Shown here one piece after another: positions 57,072 to 64,000 of a stretch of 64,000 nucleotides of DNA; the first letter of the stretch is position 1, and the number at the start of each line of letters is the position of its first letter. The translations under genes were made by a program, and so were the position numbers. The notes beneath the pieces were generated by a model. The model saw only the letters and a list, made by a program, of their open reading frames with translations. It was not told where the DNA came from and ran no database searches. The DNA is from a virus (taxonomy: Duplodnaviria > Caudoviricetes), in the IMG/VR virus record IMGVR_UViG_3300033073_001248, positions 21,687 to 85,686 of that record; one strand, 5' to 3'.

Positions 57072-57662
57072 ATGAAAGCTCTAATATTGGCATTATCATT
57101 GTTTGCAGCTGGCTTTGTTCATGCAGGCGAACTTACTATTTGTAAAGGCAAGTACGCTCTTTGTGCTGCCAGTACTTGTAAACCAACAGGAAAAACAATT
57201 ACTACTAACAATGGCGTAACTTATCCTGAAGTTGAGTGCAAATGTCCAGTATTAGATGGCCCCAGCATTGCTGATACCAGTGCTGGTGTTATGAAAGGTA
57301 GTTGCAGTGTAGACGATCCCACAACGCAAGTTTGGAGTTTGTTTGCACCACGATTCCACTATCCTCAAGAAGCCAACAACTTTGTACAAACACCTAAGTC
57401 TGCAACCAGAGCCAAAGTACAGGCCTGTCCAGGTGCGGTAGCTGAAGGCAGTGCCAACTGTTGGGGTATGATGTGCCGTTATGAAAAAGATCCCATTAAC
57501 GGAACCACAGTTGCTCGCTGTAGTTGTCCTATTAATCAAATTGCCAAAGGTACTGAGTTTTTAACTGAAGCGGGACAAGGTGATCCCATTGCTTGCGTAC
57601 AGCATCCAGTGGCAGCACCAGATCCATTTGCTGATAAAATTTTGAATGTGAAACAACAATGA
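57072..57662 (+). CDS. Secreted cysteine-rich protein (signal peptide, 12 Cys)
   Basis: ATG 57072: MKALILALSLFAAGFVHA-G signal-peptide pattern; 12 Cys in the mature part. Confidence 0.7.
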   Translation: MKALILALSLFAAGFVHAGELTICKGKYALCAASTCKPTGKTITTNNGVTYPEVECKCPVLDGPSIADTSAGVMKGSCSVDDPTTQVWSLFAPRFHYPQEANNFVQTPKSATRAKVQACPGAVAEGSANCWGMMCRYEKDPINGTTVARCSCPINQIAKGTEFLTEAGQGDPIACVQHPVAAPDPFADKILNVKQQ

Positions 57663-58759
57663 GTAAACAACAATATAACCTTGCCACCACTACAGATTAT
57701 CTACATCGTAAGATGTTTCTTGACCCCGCAGGTCCAGTTACTATTCAAAGATTTGAAGAAGTAAAATATAAAAAAGTTGTAGACTTTGAACAAACTGCTC
57801 GCGGATTCTTTTGGGTGCCTGAAGAAATCAGTCTTACCAAAGATGCTGGGGACTTCAAAGAAGCCAGCGAAGCAGTTAAACATATCTTTACCAGCAATTT
57901 ACTGAGACAAACAGCCCTGGACAGTCTTCAAGGCCGTGGCCCTAGTCAAATCTTTACACCTGTGGTTAGTTTACCGGAGTTAGAAGCACTTGTTTACAAT
58001 TGGACCTTTTTTGAAACAAATATTCATAGCCGTAGTTACAGTCATATCATCCGTAACATTTATAATGTACCTAAAGAAGTTTTTAACACTATTCACGATA
58101 CTAAAGAAATTGTGGACATGGCTTCAAGTGTTGGCGAGTATTATGACCGCTTACACATGGTTAACTGCCGCAAAGAACTGGGCGAAGAAATTTCGGAAAA
58201 AGAACACATAAAAGCGATTTGGCTTGCACTCAATGCCAGCTATGCACTAGAAGCATTCCGCTTTATGGTGTCTTTCGCTACAAGTCTAGCAATGGTTGAA
58301 AACAAGATCTTTATTGGTAATGGCAACATCATCAGTTTAATCCTACAAGACGAATTACTACACAAAGGTTGGACTGCTTGGATTATTAATCAAGTGGTCA
58401 AAGAGGACGCAAGATTTGCACAGGCAGCAGAAGAGTGTCGCGACGAAGTCTACGCCATGTACATGGATGTTATTCGTGAAGAAAAGGCTTGGGCAGATTA
58501 TTTGTTTAAGAAAGGTCCTGTTATTGGACTGGGTTCAACTATTCTCAAAGACTTTGTGGACTACACAGCCAAGTCAGCACTACATGATATTGGATTAAAA
58601 TATCATTTGCCTGCACCAAAGACAACACCTATTCCTTGGTTCAATAAACACAGTGATACCAGTAAGAAACAGACTGCGCTGCAAGAAAATGAATCAACCA
58701 ATTATGTTATTGGTGTAATGAGCGACAACTTAGATTATGATGAGCTACCAGTAATTTAA
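57659..58759 (+). CDS. nrdB: Class Ia ribonucleotide reductase beta subunit
   Basis: FFWVPEEISL, ETNIHSRSY, EAFRF, QDELLH, ALQENE...Y. Confidence 0.95.
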   Translation: MSKQQYNLATTTDYLHRKMFLDPAGPVTIQRFEEVKYKKVVDFEQTARGFFWVPEEISLTKDAGDFKEASEAVKHIFTSNLLRQTALDSLQGRGPSQIFTPVVSLPELEALVYNWTFFETNIHSRSYSHIIRNIYNVPKEVFNTIHDTKEIVDMASSVGEYYDRLHMVNCRKELGEEISEKEHIKAIWLALNASYALEAFRFMVSFATSLAMVENKIFIGNGNIISLILQDELLHKGWTAWIINQVVKEDARFAQAAEECRDEVYAMYMDVIREEKAWADYLFKKGPVIGLGSTILKDFVDYTAKSALHDIGLKYHLPAPKTTPIPWFNKHSDTSKKQTALQENESTNYVIGVMSDNLDYDELPVI

Positions 58760-58804
58760 TCTTGGCCGCTTACTAAGACTAATTAAAATAAACAAAGGAA
58801 AACT

Positions 58805-59059
58805 ATGTTAACTGTTTACAGTAAAGCCAACTGTCCTTTTTGCGATCAAGCAAAAAATTTACTTAAATTAAAAAACATTCAATTTGAAGAAATCCGTGTA
58901 GATGAAAATCCCGATGCAAGACAATTTATTGTAAACGAAGGACACAGAACAGTACCACAAATTTATAAGGATGGTAAACTGTTTGTACAAGGTGGATATC
59001 AAGGCCTAGCTAGGCTAACAGAAAGTGAACTCAAGGAACGAGCAAATGTTAATGAATAA
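58805..59059 (+). CDS. Glutaredoxin
   Basis: CPFC, HRTVPQIY, GGY; follows nrdB. Confidence 0.92.
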   Translation: MLTVYSKANCPFCDQAKNLLKLKNIQFEEIRVDENPDARQFIVNEGHRTVPQIYKDGKLFVQGGYQGLARLTESELKERANVNE

Positions 59060-59357
59060 ATCATACAAAGAAGGCGATATTGTTGCATTTAAAATGGTAA
59101 ACGGCGACGAAATCGTAGCTAAGATCAAGTCAATCAACGGCTCAAACTGGTTAGTTGATAGACCCTGTACAGTATTGCCCAGCAGTCAAGGTATTGGGCT
59201 CGTACAGAGCCTGTTTACAGGGGATATAAATAATGCTATAGAGATCCGTGCTGAGCATGTAATGTTGCATGCCCCTGTAATTGCAGAAATGGAGAGCCAC
59301 TACATCCAAACTACTACAGGCATTAAAACAGTCAGCAAAGGATCCATCATTACTTGA
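59052..59357 (+). CDS. Hypothetical protein (Sm/SH3-like beta-barrel)
   Basis: GDIVAFKMVNGDEIVAK; start set to ATG 59052. Confidence 0.6.
   Translation: MNKSYKEGDIVAFKMVNGDEIVAKIKSINGSNWLVDRPCTVLPSSQGIGLVQSLFTGDINNAIEIRAEHVMLHAPVIAEMESHYIQTTTGIKTVSKGSIIT
59225..59232 (+). promoter_or_regulatory. T4-type late promoter TATAAATA (internal)
   Basis: Exact match about 135 nt upstream of the PAAR gene. Confidence 0.45.
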
Positions 59358-59367
59358 CGGGATCATT

Positions 59368-59658
59368 ATGCCAGGAGCAGCAAGAGTAGGAGACATATTA
59401 GGACCAGGTGGCGTGTTAACAGCACCATTTAGTCCTGATGTATTTGTAAATGGCCGTCCGGTAGCGCTGCGTGGCATTATCTACACCGCTCACCCTTGTT
59501 GCGGAGTAAAAGGTTGTCCACCGGCACACTGTGGTGGTCCTACATCATCTATTGCCAGAGTTGTTAAAGTAAATGGTCTCACTCCGGTTGTAAAAGGTAG
59601 TCCAGGTGCTTGTGGTCACACTGTTAGAACTGCCAGCAGTGATGTAATTTTTGGTTAA
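59368..59658 (+). CDS. PAAR-domain spike-tip protein (T4 gp5.4-like)
   Basis: MPGAARVGD, VFVNGRPVA, H..C...H, CGH; start set to ATG 59368. Confidence 0.85.
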   Translation: MPGAARVGDILGPGGVLTAPFSPDVFVNGRPVALRGIIYTAHPCCGVKGCPPAHCGGPTSSIARVVKVNGLTPVVKGSPGACGHTVRTASSDVIFG

Positions 59659-59661
59659 AAT

Positions 59662-60195
59662 ATGGCAACAGTACCTTTAGTTTATCAAAATAATAATCCA
59701 ATTGTTGAACCATCTTTAAGTCCGTTGCAGTTAGCATTGGCAGCTTATATGGCGCAAGGCACACCGTTTGCGTTTGGTCCTAATCAAAGATTTACCGCTG
59801 CTATGAAAATATTTACAGATAGCGTTGCTTTAAGGCCTTTGTCAACTGACCCACGAACAGGCTTGCCAAGAACCCCAGACATAAGTAAAGATCTTGTAGG
59901 TATAAACTATCAAGCCAAAGGTGACGACATTTATTTGTATCGTAGAGCCCAGGATTGCGGCCCTGATGAAAATAGATATGAATTTGTTTGGGTGGCGAAA
60001 AGATCGGAATTAGGATTTGGCACATGGCTTTATTATGCTACAAGAGTGCCAGGGGGATCTATAGCAGGTGCTAACTCTAATCCTGGTGACTTTGGTGGAA
60101 CTTATGACGGCGCTGGTGTAGCTGCTGGCAGCGGATTTGGAGGCGCTGGTGCAGCTGGTGCTGGGGTTGGCGGGGCAGGAGGTACAGGAGAATGA
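59662..60195 (+). CDS. Hypothetical virion-module protein with Gly/Ala tail
   Basis: Between PAAR and a large late gene. Confidence 0.6.
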   Translation: MATVPLVYQNNNPIVEPSLSPLQLALAAYMAQGTPFAFGPNQRFTAAMKIFTDSVALRPLSTDPRTGLPRTPDISKDLVGINYQAKGDDIYLYRRAQDCGPDENRYEFVWVAKRSELGFGTWLYYATRVPGGSIAGANSNPGDFGGTYDGAGVAAGSGFGGAGAAGAGVGGAGGTGE

Positions 60196-62126
60196 GCGAT
60201 TATTCTCAACAAATAAATGAAATTTTTGCTAATGGGCCTGTTATTGGTGCTAATGCGGCAACTATTTTAGACACAACTTGGAATGCAACTTTTAATGGCA
60301 ATCTTGTATTTGATCCAAACTATTGGCGGGAATCCAGCGACTCGTCCCCAGGCAATCTAAGTGGTGTTTATACTGGCTCCATATCGGCATTAGGTAATAT
60401 GGTAGCCACCGCATTAGGTAATAATTACTTAATTGATAAAAACAGGCCTTTAGACTATAGATATATCAATAGCAACGGTCAAACAGCCACTCCTATCTAT
60501 ACTTCTGTTGATCCAACAACAGGCCAACAATACGCATTATATCCTGTTGGCACTACTGTTGCACCTTGGCTATCTGGATATTATAGGACTTATTGGACTA
60601 ACCCACAAAAAACAACATTTGGGTCTAATAGTGCTATTCCTGCGTTAACCGGAGTAATGCCTGAACAGTATCAAGCAACTATGCCTGGTAGTTTTGTGTA
60701 TTATGTTGATTTACAAATGACTAGATTATCCGGCAGTAGTTATTGGGATAATTTTTATTTTATAAATGTTTTAAACCAATTAATAGGTTGGGTAACAACT
60801 TCAAATGCTTACACTAAAGGCCTATTAGAATCAGAAGCTAAAAACTTGAAATATTTTGGTTTTAACAGTTATAACGATTTAATAACCCAAGGGTGGGTTG
60901 CTTACAAAGGCAGCGTGGCACTAATACAATCATTTAAAAATATAGGAAAATTAGTAGATACGATACCGTTGGGTATTTTTGGAACCAGTAATGGTGTTAC
61001 AAAAACATTGATTGATAATGGATTAGGTGCTATAGGGGGCCTTAGTACAAAATTATTTGAATCAGGCATAATCTATCAACAGATCGAAAATCCTAATTAC
61101 ACACAACAATTAAATGCTATTTTACAAACAATTACTGCTGCCAGTGATTTGGCGGTAATTCAAAGTGTGCTGCAAACAAAAGTCCCAACAGATTTGTTTA
61201 CTAGTCCTTTAAGCTACACAAGTATAGAAGCTACCAGCGGACTAACCAATGACAGTGGATTTATGAACTTAGCAGAAGTGGGCAAAGATATATATCTTAA
61301 AGCCCCCGGCAGTAATTTTACTTTAGGTCAGCAGGTAGCAGACCTAATTATAAAAATTCAAACAGAAACTTCTTCCAGTATAGAAGATTTACAAACAAAT
61401 GACAGTTTGTTAACTCCTGCCATAGTTGCACAATTACGGAATTATTTGCCTATGAGTGCAAATAATGCACCTATTTCTATTTTAAATGTAATAGGAACAG
61501 CCGCAGGATATTATGTAGAAAACTTAGAAAAGGTGAATGAAGGTATAGCAGAATTATACGCTACAGATTATGGAACACAAATTACCAGTATTTTATCAGA
61601 AATAAGTAGATATTTTGCAAGAGTGGCACTAAGCGAATCTGAAAACACAGCGGCAGCTAATTATACTCCTGTTCCTCCTCCACAAACAGCATTTGATTCC
61701 CAAGGCAATGCTTATACAATCCCTGGCACAGGCGGACCTGATTGGTGGCAAACTCAATGTATAGCGAAACAACAACAATACTTGTCTTTGTTAAACACCA
61801 TCGCTGCAGATCCAAAGATGACCACCATTGTGGATAAAATTAATACCAACTATAATATGGCCTGCGGTTATCTTTCTATTGAAACTACTAACTATAACAA
61901 AGCAAATGTTTCGGTCTCGTCATTTAACGATAATAGTCAAATATTTGCTTTTGTCAGCAGTTTACCGGAATACGGCGTAGACAGAAATCAAATTGGCACC
62001 GACTATTTGTTGTATCAATTGTCACAACCAACTGTGTCTGGCAACATTGCTCAAAACATTTTGAACCAATACAAGAACAGTGACTTCATCAGTAATGCTG
62101 GTGGAAAAGTTACCGGTCTAGTGTAA
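60192..62126 (+). CDS. Large hypothetical virion (baseplate/tail) protein
   Basis: 644 aa, Ser/Thr/Asn-rich, PAAR neighbourhood. Confidence 0.6.
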   Translation: MSDYSQQINEIFANGPVIGANAATILDTTWNATFNGNLVFDPNYWRESSDSSPGNLSGVYTGSISALGNMVATALGNNYLIDKNRPLDYRYINSNGQTATPIYTSVDPTTGQQYALYPVGTTVAPWLSGYYRTYWTNPQKTTFGSNSAIPALTGVMPEQYQATMPGSFVYYVDLQMTRLSGSSYWDNFYFINVLNQLIGWVTTSNAYTKGLLESEAKNLKYFGFNSYNDLITQGWVAYKGSVALIQSFKNIGKLVDTIPLGIFGTSNGVTKTLIDNGLGAIGGLSTKLFESGIIYQQIENPNYTQQLNAILQTITAASDLAVIQSVLQTKVPTDLFTSPLSYTSIEATSGLTNDSGFMNLAEVGKDIYLKAPGSNFTLGQQVADLIIKIQTETSSSIEDLQTNDSLLTPAIVAQLRNYLPMSANNAPISILNVIGTAAGYYVENLEKVNEGIAELYATDYGTQITSILSEISRYFARVALSESENTAAANYTPVPPPQTAFDSQGNAYTIPGTGGPDWWQTQCIAKQQQYLSLLNTIAADPKMTTIVDKINTNYNMACGYLSIETTNYNKANVSVSSFNDNSQIFAFVSSLPEYGVDRNQIGTDYLLYQLSQPTVSGNIAQNILNQYKNSDFISNAGGKVTGLV

Positions 62127-62142
62127 AAACACTTCAAAAAAC

Positions 62143-62171
62143 TTGAAAAAACGCAAAAAAACCGCTATAAT
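62143..62171 (+). promoter_or_regulatory. sigma70 promoter
   Basis: TTGAAA, 17 nt, TATAAT; inverted repeat AGTTAAT/ATTAACT (62178-62193) at the predicted start site. Confidence 0.65.
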
Positions 62172-62260
62172 GTATGCAGTTAATCCATTAACTACGCATA
62201 GATCATAAAATTCCAACGAGTTATATAAAAACACACTCTTTAAGAAAGGAGAAAGTACAT

Positions 62261-62842
62261 ATGGCATCACACGCTATATCAAATCAATATTATGACAGAG
62301 TGATAAAGTCAACCAAAATATTATTATTAGTCATAGCCGGCGCAATTTTATTTGCGTTAGGAACCACAGCAGTTCAAGCCAAATTCGACAGCTTGAAATT
62401 TAAAATTGCCGAAGGTCTAAGTAATCCACCAATCACCATGGCCGAGCGTGAGCGACAATTAGACTGCTTAACCAAAAATATTTATTGGGAAGCAGCTTCG
62501 GAACCATTTGAAGGTAAAGTTGCGGTTGCTCAGGTCACCATGAATCGTGTACAATCAGGCAAGTTTGCAGACAATGTCTGCGGAGTTGTTTATCAAAAAA
62601 ATACATTTTATCAAAAGGTAATTTGTCAATTCAGCTGGGTCTGCGAAAGCACACACATGGTCAAACCTGTGTACGCACCCTTGTACAAAGAAAGTCAGGA
62701 AGTTGCTAAAAAGGTTTTACTGGAAAATTTTAGATTGCCCAGTTTAACGAACGCAATGTATTATCATGCTACCTATGTCAGCCCAGGCTGGCGCAAAGAA
62801 CGCATAGCACAAATCGGTCAACACATTTTCTATAAGGAATAA
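62261..62842 (+). CDS. SleB-family cell wall hydrolase (Hydrolase_2) with N-terminal TM/signal
   Basis: CLTKNIYWEA..EPFEGKVAVAQVTMNRV, VCGVVYQ, CQFSW, MYYHATYVSPGW, IGQHIFY; AAGGAG RBS. Confidence 0.9.
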   Translation: MASHAISNQYYDRVIKSTKILLLVIAGAILFALGTTAVQAKFDSLKFKIAEGLSNPPITMAERERQLDCLTKNIYWEAASEPFEGKVAVAQVTMNRVQSGKFADNVCGVVYQKNTFYQKVICQFSWVCESTHMVKPVYAPLYKESQEVAKKVLLENFRLPSLTNAMYYHATYVSPGWRKERIAQIGQHIFYKE

Positions 62843-62843
62843 A

Positions 62844-63158
62844 ATGAACTACAGTTTGTTAAAGTTTTTTGTACTTGTAAAGAAATTCTTTCTTGACCAT
62901 TTAAAAAAACTAACTGCTGAAACATTGGGATGGATGGCTGCAATCACACTGCATCTCAGTACTGTGCCCAGTATGTTGGCTTTGATGAGCGGACTAACTG
63001 ACAAACCACCAAACATTGACCTTGTGCTGTTTATCTACATCAGTTTAGTCATGTTATTTGGCAGAGCCATTTTACTTAAAGATCAGTTAAATATTATTAC
63101 CATTGGTATTGGATTTATTGGACAATCTGTGCTGATGGCTTTTATACTGTTTAAGTAA
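62844..63158 (+). CDS. Small multi-TM membrane protein
   Basis: Three hydrophobic helices; follows the cell wall hydrolase. Confidence 0.65.
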   Translation: MNYSLLKFFVLVKKFFLDHLKKLTAETLGWMAAITLHLSTVPSMLALMSGLTDKPPNIDLVLFIYISLVMLFGRAILLKDQLNIITIGIGFIGQSVLMAFILFK

Positions 63159-63820
63159 TGAACTATTTTGAATTACTGGAAAGATTATTTGGTCTATACG
63201 AACGAGTATATGACCAAAGATTAACTGGTGATGAATTCTTAAAAAAAATCAAAGCCGCAGTTCCATTTCGCGAATGTAGAATCACCTTAGTTCAAAGTCT
63301 TAACCTACTGCCCAATCAATTGCCAGTAGCAGGACTGTATGATGCTGAACTTGACGAAGCAGGTCTAAAGCCAATTGAAATGGAAATCAGCATACACAAA
63401 ATCAGGAAGCATTTGTTATTCAACGAGAATGACATTACTCCCGAGCAATGGGCAGAGTTTTGCATAGACTTTGCTTGCATTTTAGGTCACGAGTTTGTAC
63501 ACATGCATCAGTTTAGACGCCGTGACTTTAAAATGAATAGACCCTATGCAGCCAGCAGCCTTAATCCTGCCAAGCGTGAGCAACAGTGCTACTATGGAGA
63601 CAGCGACGAGCTAGATGCTTATGCTTGGTCTGCTGCTGCAAACGCAGTTATTGAAATTACGCCGGCTGCAAAACGAATAGAACGAACCCAACTATACAAA
63701 ACTTACACAAGGGTCTTTGACAAAAATGATCCTGTGGTGTTAAAATTTGTTCGTAAAGGCAATCGCTATTTGAAAAAATTGGAGAAACAAAAAAATGGCA
63801 CAAAATTTAAACAATGTTGA
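63158..63820 (+). CDS. HExxH metallopeptidase-like protein
   Basis: ILGHEFVHMHQ with a downstream ELDAYA Glu. Confidence 0.55.
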   Translation: MNYFELLERLFGLYERVYDQRLTGDEFLKKIKAAVPFRECRITLVQSLNLLPNQLPVAGLYDAELDEAGLKPIEMEISIHKIRKHLLFNENDITPEQWAEFCIDFACILGHEFVHMHQFRRRDFKMNRPYAASSLNPAKREQQCYYGDSDELDAYAWSAAANAVIEITPAAKRIERTQLYKTYTRVFDKNDPVVLKFVRKGNRYLKKLEKQKNGTKFKQC

Positions 63821-64000
63821 TGAAGGTACCGAGGACGATTTTTTCGATAACATTGCAGATGATGACTATGTTTTTGTTGTAGACAAAAACGGCACATTGA
63901 AAACACTGTTGTGCCCTGAAGATGAAACTACTGTGGCCAGCGACCAAATTTTAAGTTTAATGAAAGCATTTGGCATTGACTTGCATGCCACACATACACT
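63795..64000 (+). CDS. Acidic hypothetical protein, 3'-truncated
   Basis: GGAG upstream; MAQNLNNVDEGTEDDFF... open to the window end. Confidence 0.6.
   Translation, partial: MAQNLNNVDEGTEDDFFDNIADDDYVFVVDKNGTLKTLLCPEDETTVASDQILSLMKAFGIDLHATHT

Noticed and set aside
7112-59367. Longer upstream starts in the ORF track (7112, 13887, 14692, 18415, 18680, 27466, 47617, 57024, 59025, 59281)
   Set aside because: They overlap upstream genes, promoters or terminators; downstream ATGs with an RBS or stop-start coupling fit better.
1-64000. tRNA/rRNA genes, integrase, transposase, homing endonuclease or introns in nrdA/nrdB, stop-codon reassignment
   Set aside because: No T-loop/cloverleaf or rRNA signature found in the short intergenic gaps; nrdA and nrdB are uninterrupted; genes tile the window under the standard code.

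Overview
A 64 kb piece of a large, AT-rich, tailed dsDNA phage genome. It is almost certainly a contractile-tailed myovirus (PAAR spike-tip gene, T4-type TATAAATA late promoters, UvsW, primase, gp41-like helicase, gp62-like clamp-loader subunit, class Ia RNR). A proteobacterial host is inferred from IscU/IscA/AceA and sigma70 promoters. Nearly all genes are on the + strand. Layout: (1) 1-17.8 kb, accessory metabolism: two fatty-acid desaturases, a B12 radical SAM enzyme, a 2OG-Fe(II) oxygenase, a NeuD-like acyltransferase, NadE, a miniature malonyl-CoA-decarboxylase-like protein, then an 11-gene cluster for an unusual branched or higher-carbon nucleotide sugar. (2) 18-23.3 kb, sigma70-driven early genes. 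(3) 23.4-30.6 kb, replication/recombination genes including a 199-aa 'mini-DnaE'. (4) 30.7-42.2 kb, tail fibre/adhesin genes. (5) 42.2-53.2 kb, primase, helicase, late genes and iscU-iscA. (6) 53.2-64 kb, nrdA-aceA-nrdB-glutaredoxin, PAAR/virion genes and a SleB-type cell wall hydrolase. No tRNA, rRNA, CRISPR array, integrase or transposase was recognised. The best candidates for undescribed biology are the sugar pathway, the two minimised enzymes and two repeat-bearing intergenic RNA/DNA elements. All family assignments are by-eye motif recognition; no searches were run.
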